From: Octopus vulgaris
Taxonomy: Eukaryota
DNA: 64,000 nucleotides
Assembly (NCBI GenBank): GCA_951406725.2
Contig: OX597834.1
Location: 17,608,001 to 17,672,000, forward strand
Direction of reading: 5' to 3'
The notes below the pieces were generated by a model. It worked only from the letters and a program-made list of their open reading frames with translations. It was not told the origin of the DNA and made no database searches. The position numbers and the translations under genes are program-made. Shown piece by piece: positions 53,476 to 64,000 of the stretch. How positions within the stretch are numbered: position 1 is the first letter of the stretch; the number at the start of each line of letters is the position of its first letter.

Positions 53476-54025
53476 TGAAAGGCAAAGTCGACCTCGGCGG
53501 AATTTGAACTCAGAACGTAACGGCAGACAAAGTACCGCTGAGCATTTCACCCGGCGCGCTAACGATTCTGCCAGCTCGCTGCCTTTTCTGCACTGCTTCC
53601 ACTAAACAACATTAAATACGCCCCACACCTAAGAGTATTCTCCAACTACTGAATCACAAATGTGTAGTGTATTTGCTCTCTCCCTTCTTCTGTCACTAAT
53701 GCACCAGGCACAGCTTGGCTGTGTTATATGAAGCTTGGTTCCGCGTTCTCGAGCAAGTGTCTTCTGCTATAGTCTCGGGCTGATTAAAGCCTTGTGAGTG
53801 GATTTGGTAGACGAAAACTGAAAGAAACCTGTCGTTTATGCATATATATATACTATATGTATGTGTGTCTTTATACCTGTGTTTGTCCCCTACCACCGCT
53901 TGACAATCGGTGTTAGTGTGTTTACATCACCTTAACTTTGCAGTTCGGCAAAGAGACCAATGGAATGAATTCTTCAAGGTGGTGCCACAGCATGACCGCA
54001 GTCTCATGACCGAAACAAATAAAAG
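53476..54025. mobile_element. SINE family A 5' half (-, 53476-53585) and SINE family B (+, 53705-54025)
   Basis: Match to family consensus seen elsewhere in the window. Confidence 0.78.
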
Positions 54026-56460
54026 ATATACTACTCACACTCAAACCCGCCGTTCTGTGTTCCACTCCAGATCTTGTATCAGTTATTCCACCCAATCTTT
54101 TCTATTGCATGCATTTTGAATTCCCTACCTGTCTAAATTGTGTCTCTAAACACCAACCTGCAAATATTCAAACTGAATCTCAGCTGTATGAAACCCTGGC
54201 ATGCTACCTCTCTCCCATAGACTGAGAAGACCTGGAAGGAATTTATCTATATTTTCTATCAGTTGGTAATAAAAATGGAATTATCTAATTCTCATATATC
54301 TTACTAGGGTGCTAGTGACTTCAGTTGCAATAAAATGGTTTCAACTAATGAATTAGAAACGAAATCACCTTATCATGACTGTATCGCTTTCCTATGACAC
54401 TGTTGTTTCACGTAAGGTTATTATTATTATTATTTTATTTTATGAAACTACGGAACAGCGAATAAAATAATTTTGAATTTTGTGAATTTGAGTTGTTATA
54501 TTTGTGGTCTGCTTTAGTCATTTGCACCGCAAGTGAAGTAAAATGGTTGTGACTGGAAGTCGAATCTGGGATGTTGATCCTAATTTTTTCGTTTGGTTTC
54601 GTTAAGTTTGGGAGAGTTGTTCTTGAAAAAACTTACGTACCCCCTCTTTAGTTAAGCAAAACCAACTATTTTTGGTAACATCCCTCTTCAAAAACAGTTT
54701 AACTCGTTTAAATCTTGACATTTCTCTATCCGAGCTGTAAACACATGGAAAGTATTTTTTTTAAATTGTGAAACAATATATCACTGGGGCATGTTCTGTC
54801 TTTGATTTGAGCAATTATTCTTCGATATATCCAGAAAAGTGATATGTAAGTGATATGCTTTGCGGTGTTACACTTGTCGTAACTCATAGCAATCCAGTTT
54901 GTAGATTGCTTTTATCCTAAAACATGGAGTTTGTTTTCATTTGTAAAACGTACTTTGGGATACCCTTTTGCTAAAAAAAGAAAAAAACTACCAAACTTCT
55001 GTTTATGCTGTCAAAGAAGAAAAATTATTTTCGGCATTTCAACTCTAGTCTCCCAATTGTAAAAGAATTTCGTTGATTTGGAATAGTAAAAAAAAAAAAA
55101 AGCAAACAAAATATTAGACATATTTGTGAAAGACAATATACGATGTAGGATATAATGAGTTTATAACAGATTAGCTGCTTCAGCAGTTTTTTCTTCAAAT
55201 CCTTTATTTGAGGGACTTTCACCGGGGCTTCAGAGCATAGTAAGGCCTATTTTTAGCAAGATGATATTTTTGAATTTTATTTCGTCAGAAGAATGAGTGC
55301 CCCTTTTCTCGTACATACCTCGTTTCCTCCATTCCCTTGGCTATGTGGGTATGAATTGCATCGCATAACCATGTGGTTGCAGGTTCGACTATGAATGGCA
55401 GAATCAGCTGAGCGACGACAAAATACTGAGTAGTAAGTTATAGTTAAATTATTTACGATCAGAATTCAAGTCTCGCAGAAATCGATTTTGAGGTCGATAG
55501 AACAAGTGCTAGTTAACTCTTGCGGTCGATTTAATCCACTGTTTTCTCACCTACAATTTGTGGCATTGTCTCAGATAGAAATTTATGTAAATAAATACGA
55601 ACATCTGTTCATCTCGCTTTTTGTGTCGAGCTTTGTAGGTCTAATATTGTGTGGTTGAATATCATGTTTGGAGATCTTACAGTCAAAAAAGGTCAATTCC
55701 TTTGCACGAAAGATATTCTTCATTCTGTTAATAGTCATAACATAGGAGGTGAATTTTTTAATAAAAGTACTTTTACTTTTCTGCTCCAGGTCGTTAGTAG
55801 TATGACCACCAATGCAAATGTCGTCTTGATAAACTATTATATCGGTGGCATCTCCTAATACATTTTTTATAACATACTGAAATATTGCGTTTACTGTTAT
55901 ATCCTGAGCTTCATCAGAAATTAAGACTTGATATTAGGGTTCGGCCAAATCAATCTTTGCAAAATATTTCATAATTACCAGCTTGTGAACTAAATATTGT
56001 GGTGTACGTAATAGACAGAACATATATCTTTTAGTCTACACAAGTACGTAAATTGCTATCAGGCTTGCGCACCACAACCGACGGTGAAGTTCTCCTCATT
56101 CAGCTCTTTTCATAGTTTATCATTTCCTTTAATTTCGTTAGAATATGGACATAAATATGCATAGGAAGTTGTCTTCATTCCTAATGCGCTTGTTCAACTT
56201 TACTTTTTAATTCTATTTCAGCTTTTATAACTTTCTTTTGCAGTTTTAAAGATAAATGATATGTGATAAATCAGTGATGTACATTTTAACACTTCCATTT
56301 CAAGAAGACCACGTTTTTTCTCATAACAGTGACAATTACGGAAACTATATCTTTTCTACTTTCCGTCTCCAACATTATTTCAAACTCCCCACCAGTTTGA
56401 TAATCGAACCGCTAAATGTTTAAGGTTGGTGTTGCAAGGTTCAAGATAGGGAGGCACTAG

Positions 56461-56866
56461 GGATCTTTTCGGTTTGAACGGCAGTTTTTTCTAGCGGTGT
56501 CATATGAAATTGTCACCAATAATTATGACCCTAGAATCGATCTATTGCATTTCAATCTCTTTTAGGGTTAGGGGTGGGGGAGGGTATCTTTCTTTATTCA
56601 CAAATGTAAATAAACCCAATCTGTTTCTTAAACGAGGGACATATTCATGCGGCACAGAATGCTTTTTAACTCAATAGACGTCACTGATTGGTTGAAATTG
56701 CAGAAATTTAAGAAAAACAACAAATATCTTACAAACTATAGAATTTTCTCAATAAAGCCATGAGAAAAAGATGTTTTATAAACACATTCTACCAGTATAC
56801 GAAGTTTAAAATATTTTAGTTACCTAGAAATTATGTTAAAAACTACTGGTCAAACCGAAAAGATCC
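56461..56866. mobile_element. MITE (same family as 51879-52296) nested in the Gypsy remnant
   Basis: Same TIRs. TSD GGCACTAG/AGCACTAG. Confidence 0.9.
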
Positions 56867-57234
56867 AGCACTAGTTTTATCCTGACGTTACTTGGGATGA
56901 TAGTCACAGCACTGTTAGTATCTACTTGCATCTGTGCCTCAACATAGTTTTATTTAATGGAGATCAGGGAGTTGGCATCACTGCCCTCAATACTGAAGAC
57001 ATTGTCCAGCATCAACTTCATGCGCTTTCTCAAATGTCTTTGTAGAAGATTGGCGGACAAATTGAAAATGGCTCTTCCTATACATATAGCGCATATCTTC
57101 CTAGAAATAAGACATATTCCTAGTCTGAGTATATTAGTCGCAAGATCCACATACAACTTTTCTCTGACGATTGTTGTCGCTATGTGATATTAATAATTCT
57201 TTTTAGCATACTATTGTTATCATTTGTAGGGGTA

Positions 57235-57452
57235 AGGTGGCGAACTGGCAGAACGGTTATCACGCAGGGCAAAATGCTTTGCGACATTTCGTTCGTCTGC
57301 ATGTTCTGAGTTCAAATTCTGCCGAGGTCGACTTCACCTTTCTTCCTTTCGGAGTCAATAAAATAAGTAGTAGGTGAGTACTGGGGTCGATATAATCGAC
57401 TTACCTCCTTCCCTCGAAACTGCTGGCCTTGTGCCAAAATTTAAGCCATTAT
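57235..57452 (+). mobile_element. SINE family A nested in Gypsy gag
   Basis: AAGGTGGCGAACTGGCAGAACG...GCCGAGGTCGACTT...GCTGGCCTTGTGCCAAAATTT. Confidence 0.82.
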
Positions 57453-58094
57453 CATTTGCAGGAGTTAAAATTTCAAACTTTTGAATATGTTTAACAAAAC
57501 CTGGTAGAAACATTTCCTTAAACTGCGTGTGTTCTAATATTTTAGCCATCATCTAGTTGTATTTGTATGAGGTCATCTGCCGCAGATGTTCCTCCAGTTC
57601 CAAACTTATCAAATTCAGTTCTCTCAATTCGTTTCTCTCAATCATTTATAATATCGACGTATTGGTTTGTATGGCATCTGCTCCAGAGCTCTAAACGCTT
57701 TTAACACTTTTGCAAAAAACAAAAAAACTTTGGTACTACAACCATAAAATTATCATTGTCTTAGATAATAGGTCAAGGCATCTTATACGTTTTACTAAGG
57801 ATATCGATGTTATTAGCGAAAGCATTCCAAATGGTAATTAAGTCTTACACTCAAACTACTGAAAATATATATAGGGACAGATTTTATTTTCATACATAAC
57901 ATATAAACGTACATTTTTTAGAATATTGTCATTTTATAAGATTTTGCTGGCAAATTTTTAAATTAACATAAATACTTATTTACATGAAAGAAAATTATCG
58001 AAGAACTTTCATCTAATTCTTCCAAATCTTTGTTAAAGCTGTATTAAAAGCATTTGTTTTATCCCAGCAACTGGTCATACACCACAAGGTTTAA

Positions 58095-58760
58095 CGGAAC
58101 CTACTGAAGCAAGCCAGCACGTTCGCAGCATTACCACGGGCGATGGCGATGCTAAGGCGTTAGGAAAGCCAAGTGCTCTTACAAGTATCACCTGACACCT
58201 CGGTGAGGCGAGCTGCCAACGTTGACAAGAACTTCGTGGTTAGTGGCCCAATCCATCCGAACGTCTTAAACGCCACAGGCTGGAAGACATAGTTCACTGT
58301 CAGGTCTCAATACTTCAGGGTTTTCTTCCGTTCGGCTACGGAAACAGTGACCCTCTCATTATCTGCAGCATCCAGGATGTGGGTGGGATCAGAGGAATCG
58401 CAGACTCTGGCTTCCCAAATGAGGCGCCTACCTCTAACATAGGGACAGAGGGTAAGACCATCTGGTCTCTTTTCATCACTCCTGCAGAGCTGAGGGGATA
58501 TTAATCCGAGCCAGGGCCCGCTTAATAATTAGGTTTAGCTCGGTGTGACGAGCGAAGCGACCATCATTTAGTCGGCAAAACAAACCGTGAAGACCTGTGG
58601 GGTCGAGAGGCCTACCCACAGCGGCATCTCAGTCTCTATAGACGTCAGTTCCCACTCTGAGTGCGATGGAGATGCGGAGTTCATCTAGACTGTGTAGACC
58701 TCCAATGTTGGCCACAGGCAGGGCATCATTCCAGTCCCCTGAGAATTTTGTACTAGCTGG
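58095..58760 (-). mobile_element. CRE-clade non-LTR retrotransposon C-terminus (zinc knuckle plus restriction-like endonuclease)
   Basis: GRPLDPTGLHGLFCRLNDGRFARHTELNLII; RSDEKRPDGLTLCPYVRGRRLIW; FQPVAFKTFG; RLSIAIARGNAANV. Confidence 0.85.
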
Positions 58761-60360
58761 AAGTAGGCGACACCTTGGAAATTGATCAGATTGATCAAAG
58801 GGAGAGTTGTAAGTGGGACCTGGACGCAGATTGTCCCATATTTTCTGTATCTTCTCCGATCTATGAGTGTGTATTTTACGAATGATAACTTATATTCAGC
58901 CAACAAGTTGAAGTGGAAAATTGTAGTATTTATGTCTTCCCCAAAAGCACCAATGACACCAGCAAAACAGAATGGTGCCGACTGAGTCTTCAACACAGAC
59001 TCTGCACACTAATTATTTTAACTACTACTTAGTGGTTATAACGTAATTACTTTGCTTAGTATGTACTGTTTCATACAAATATTACAATTCATTCTACCTA
59101 AAGCAAAACATATTTCTGATTCCAGTAATCATATCTTAATTATGATAATTTTCTGAAATATTGAGTCAGAAAAATAAAACAAAACAAAAATATGGTTATC
59201 ATTGTGTGAATGAACGCTTACGGTTTTCTACTGCAAATTTCTCTCGTTTGCTAATGATTTCGTTTAAATTATCAAGGTCAAGTAGAGGACGCTATGTTAA
59301 AACTTTATACCTCGATCGTCTCACCTAAAGCAATTTCATACGAAGGTTTTTTTTTTTTCTTACCACTAATGTGCTATGATAACTCTTCTCAAAATTGTAG
59401 CCAAAGAATCTGTTAGGGGGACTGTTTCGGAATTTGACATGTATACTGATACTTTACTCGCCTGCTTAATTTAACACTAATATTAAGAAATCTAATAAAG
59501 CGAATTGTTCCTTTTCTTTATCGTCTTGTAATATCGGTTAGGGTTTAGTCCAGGGAAATAATTCAGTAAAGAAATTCATTACGTGAAGAATTTTAGACAT
59601 AACTACATGAAATGTATATTTCCTGTCATCACGACTGTATTACACACTGCTATTATATGTTGTTGTTTTCTTCCCCCCGCCACTTTTTTCCTTTACGGCA
59701 ACGAAACAGTTTAGAAGCTTTCTTTATATTTGTATTTTCTACTTGCATTCCATTCATAACTACCGTAGTTTGTTATTCTCGTTTATTTATCTATTTATTT
59801 ATTTATTAATTTCGACAATTACTTTGTATTACAACTGTTATTGTCCTTACCACACAGAGATTATTAACAATTACGTTATGTATGGTGAAGTGCTAGCGAA
59901 TATCTAAGGACTTGTCGATCCTTTAAGGGTATCTATAACACTGATGTTACGTTAGAAGCAGTTTAGTCAGGAGAGTGAAATGTTCTACATTTTGGTTTTG
60001 ATTTTCTCTGTTTTCTTTTTCTTTTTACGAAAGTCAAGATAACTTAGAATTTCGTTCTTAAAAAAGAGTCAGCGCGGGAGCCTTTATATGGACACTAAAC
60101 TTGCTAGAAATAGTAATGATCTCTTCTTCATACTACAACTTACCATTTTAAAAAGAGTACAAGCGGGATACACAATGCCTGAAAAAATAATGGGGTGAAC
60201 TTTTGATTTAAGTACATTAATATTAAGTAAATTAATCTTAGGTAAACACAACTGCATCTATTCTTAGTAGAGATAAAGGCACCCCGGTTATTATTTTAGC
60301 AAGTTTAAAGAAATTTCTTTTGTGCCGTAGACCATTTAACATTTCTGTAGTGCCCCACTC

Positions 60361-61128
60361 GGATCTTTTCCTTTTGAACGGCAGTTTTCAACACAATTTC
60401 TAGTTAACTAAACACTTTTAAACTTCGTATACTGGTAAAATGTGTCAAAATAAAACATTTTTTTTTTCTCTTTGCTTTCTTGAGAAAATTGTAATTTGTA
60501 AGTTTAATGTAGTTTAATTGTTCGAATTTTAACCAATCCTATGGCCTCTATTGAGCTAAAATCATTTGCTGCGTCTAAAACTGAGACAACATCCTGTCAC
60601 TAACCCTAACTCTAACCCTAACCCTAAATTTTAGCCTTTCGTTTTTTTCTTCTTAATTGTTAAAATTAATTTAATTGTTACGCGTTTGTCTAAAATTATT
60701 CGTTTTGTTTTTGTTTTGAGTTTTTGCTTTCGTTTTAGCCTTTCGTTTTTTTTTTTCTTAATTGTTAAATTAAAATTATTTTCCATTGCTTTCGTTTTTT
60801 TTTTTCTTAATTGTTATCCTTAAATTAATTTAACAATTAAGGAAAAAAAAAAACGAAGGCTAAAATTTAGGGTTAGGGTGAGGGTCGGGGTTAGTGACAG
60901 GATGTTGTCTGTTTTAGACGCAGCAAATGATTTTAGCTCAATAGAGGGCATAGGATTGGTTAAAATTCGAAAAATTACACTATGTTAAACTTACAAATTA
61001 CAATTTTCTCAAGGAAGCCAAGAGAAAAAAATGTTTTATTTTGACACATTCTACCAGTATACGAAGTTTAAAAGTGTTTAGTTAACTAGAAATTGTGTTG
61101 AAAACTGCCGTTCAAAAGGTAAGAAGAT
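60361..61128. mobile_element. Foldback MITE with ~310-bp inverted arms and TTAGGG-like repeats
   Basis: 60361-~60670 is the reverse complement of ~60820-61119. Terminus GGATCTTTTCCTTTTGAACGGCAG is related to the 51879/56461 MITEs. Confidence 0.88.
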
Positions 61129-61470
61129 TGCTTCTCAACTACACTGCATGCACCTTGGGGAAATATTTCTTTTGTGCCGTACACCATTTAACATTTCTGT
61201 GAGTGGATTTTGGAGATGGAAACTGAAAGAAGCCCATTTATGTGTGTGTGTGCATGCATGTTTTGTGTCTGTGTTTGTCCCCCAACATCAATTGACAACT
61301 GGTGTTGGTATGTTTATGCCCCTGTATCTTAGTGGTTTGGCAAAAAAACCAGCTGATAGAATAAATAACAGGTTTTAAAATAAGTACTGGGGTTGATTTG
61401 CTCAATGAAAATGCTTCAAGGCAGTGCTCCAGCATGGCCGTTGTCTAATGACTGAAACAAATGAATGAAA
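61128..61470 (+). mobile_element. SINE family B, diverged
   Basis: GTGAGTGGATTTTGGAGATGGAAACTGAAAGAAGCCC...GCTCCAGCATGGCCG...ATGACTGAAACAA. Confidence 0.75.
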
Positions 61471-61724
61471 ATTCAAAATGAAACTAGAGGCAAAAGGTTT
61501 ATGAATTGTCATGCAAGAACTATGAATGCAAGAGTATTATTCTAACTGAAATAGTCTAGATAAGAAAGGAAAAGGTTATTCTTTTATATTTGAATATTTA
61601 ATGTGAGTTATTAATGTGTTTGGGTGTGTGTGTTATAATTCTATTGCATGTGTACATTTGTGTATTTGTTAATGTGTGCGATTGTTGTTTGTGTATTTAG
61701 GGTATCAAGAAAGAAAGGAGAATA

Positions 61725-62245
61725 TTGGTTTCTAATTTTGGCACAAGGCCAGCAATTTTGGGGGTGGGCTAAGTCAATTAGTTCAATCCCCAGTGCTCAA
61801 TTGGTACTTATTTTATCAACCCCAAAAGGATGAAAGGCAAAGTCAACCCCAGCAGCTTTAAAATGAGAGAATGTTAAATTGGTAAATATTGCTTTCAAAT
61901 TTTGGCACAAAGCCAGCAATTTCAGGGGAGGGGTGAATCAATTAGATTAACCCTAGTGCTCGACTGGTACTTACTTTATTGACCCTGAAAGGATGAAAGG
62001 CAAAGTTGACCCTGGCAGCATTATTAAGGGAGAATATTAAATTGATAAATGTTACTTTCAAATTTTGGCTCTGAGAGAAGGATTAAGTCAATTCCATTGA
62101 CCAAAGTGTCCAACTGGCACTTATTTTATCAAGCCTAAAAGGGTGAAATGCAAAGTCAGAATTTGAACTTGGAATGAAAAGATGGACGAAATGCCGCTAA
62201 GCACTTTTCCCAGCATGCTAATGACTCTGCCAGTTTGTCACCTGA
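61725..62245 (-). mobile_element. Three tandem SINE family A units
   Basis: TTTTGGCACAA(G/A)GCCAGCAATTT...GGATGAAAGGCAAAGT repeats with ~170-bp period. Confidence 0.8.
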
Positions 62246-64000
62246 AATTGGTAAATATTAACATGATTAAAATTGTAAATTATAAGTCCAATCAAATAAA
62301 AATTTTAATTTGAAATTATCTTGAAAAAAATTCATTTTGAAATTCTAAATAAATCTATCATATATATATGTAGAATGTGATTGATGTATTTTAAATACTA
62401 GTGTACTAGTGTTTGTATGTGTGTGTATGCATGTTAAGTGTAAGTACCAAGTTACGAGTGGACATTTTAAAAGTCACACTAATATTGTAAAAAGGTTGAA
62501 TACTGTTTAGAGTTCCTTGCAAGTAATTTTATAAATGCAAATTGTTCGTTACAAATATTTGTCTGTACAAGACTAATGGTAGAGATATATCTTTGGATAT
62601 TAAAATGCAATGTAAGGAGTAAAGTATAAAGAAAAGTTGTATTAAATCTTAATTTTAGTATCAATATTTAAAATTTACCCGCTAAATTTTGATAATCACA
62701 AGCAGAAACATAGCTTTAATTGTTATATGTAAGCCCTTCCACTGAGATGCACTATATACTTCTGCTAAATGTTTATAAATATAGGGCAAAGCATTTTATA
62801 TAAATGATATATATTTGGAAATATTAGACTATATCAGTATGCAAGACAGTATGTTGGTATTTTAAGTAACATACACTTGCCAATATATTTGTAAATTGGA
62901 TAGCATATATACATAAGACCATACAAAATAACTATGGCATTTATAGTGCATGCACATATGTGAACTTAAATATATAGAAACATGCTCAAATGTGAACTTA
63001 CATGCAAGCATAGAAAATGCATAAATGTATGTAAATATACAAGCAGAACTATATTTAAATGCATACACACACATACAAACACTTGTACCCTAGTATTTAA
63101 AATCCCTCAAACACATTCTACATATATATAATAGATTATATTATAATAATTATATAAACAGAACTATCCATACAAATGTATAGCATAATATATACAGTCA
63201 TTATGGTATAACTCGTAAATGTAGATAAAATAAAACAAAGTATTGTAAAGACATAGATAAGGTCACAAAGTTTCTTAATCTGGTAAAAGATAGATATACT
63301 GCTTATCATAATGTTGGAAGAAAAAATGGTTAAGAAAGTGTTGTTTATTTGAGGAAAGTAATAATTTATCTATTTGTAAATTGTAAGTGTATTTTTGGTT
63401 TTTGTATGTTCAGTGTCTACATGAGATTATTTTAAAATGTTTATTAAGAAGCTTTAGTTCAGAGAATAAAAATTAATATAAATCAGTGGTGCAAAATTGA
63501 CAAGGTTTTTTTTTTTTTTGTGCTGATAGTATGTTTTGGCATGCAAGAGGATTTTCCATGAGATATTGTACAGGATGTTGGGAACTTTTGAGTTCCATGT
63601 ATATTCACATAGGGAAATAATTGTTGTGCTATCTAATCTAATTTAAAGGAGTTTGCTGTATGAAGAAGTATTACAACATGGATATTGGAGAGAAAGAGGT
63701 TGTTCAGAGAGGGTGGATTGAGAGATGGAAAAGGTAAGGGGTGTGGTTAATATGAATAGTAGTGAGACAGTTTCCTTGTTGAGGGTACAAATTTTTGTGG
63801 TTGCAAATCAGTTACCAGTTATTTGAATTAAGTTTATCTGGTTTTGGGGTTTTTTTTTATTGCTGAGAGGTGCTAGTGAGAAGTTGTGGGTGACAGAATA
63901 GGAGATTTTTATGTTGTTTTTATTCAGAAGTTTGTGATATTTGTGATTAGGTGGGAAATGTTTTGCAAAAGTCAAAAAATGTTTTAGCTATAGAGGTTTT

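Larger units (their letters stand above)
54500..57700 (-). mobile_element. Ty3/Gypsy LTR-retrotransposon gag-pol remnant
   Basis: Minus strand: decayed CCHC knuckle (~57060-57100); protease MQVDTNSAVTIIP (~56895-56932); RT SPSVVVRKPDSNLRTCVD (~56035-56087), KYFAKIDL and IVYQDDICIGG (~55805-55837). Split by a MITE and a SINE. Confidence 0.8.
28282..64000 (+). other. Putative intron 1 of the ERG-like gene (runs past the window end)
   Basis: GTGAGT donor at 28282. No PAS-domain exon (RKFIIANA...YCNDGFC-like) could be found downstream by eye. Confidence 0.55.

Noticed and set aside
60600-60630. CCCTAA/TTAGGG repeats as interstitial telomere
   Set aside because: Only 3-4 degenerate units, which are an internal part of the foldback/MITE family.
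62510-62630. AG-preceded open frame (EFLASNFINANC...) as candidate exon 2
   Set aside because: No convincing PAS similarity. Consistent with a chance AT-rich frame.

Overview
AT-rich, repeat-saturated eukaryotic genomic DNA. The tRNA-derived SINE families and the (TA)n/(TACA)n/(AAT)n microsatellites look like an octopus/coleoid cephalopod genome; this is recognition, not a database result. Almost all ORFs in the supplied track are microsatellite or transposon artefacts. The one convincing host-gene signal is a 76-nt first coding exon at 28206-28281 (+). It encodes MPVRRGRRTAGNRFLDTIINRVEGS, the PAS-cap N-terminus of an ERG/KCNH2-like voltage-gated K+ channel, and is followed by a GTGAGT donor. 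No exon 2 was found, so the remaining ~35.7 kb appears to be intron 1. The rest is a layered set of decayed transposons: Helitron, Penelope-like, Tigger/pogo, hAT, Tc1, mariner, CR1, RTE, L2-group, CRE, Gypsy, several MITEs and three SINE families. The most notable non-coding signals are: (i) hammerhead-ribozyme motifs in (TA)n-associated Penelope-like cassettes, one intact and in sense orientation inside the channel intron; (ii) an apparently ORF1-only LINE whose 3' tail matches a SINE tail; (iii) inverted SINE pairs and foldback elements able to form long dsRNA in the pre-mRNA.
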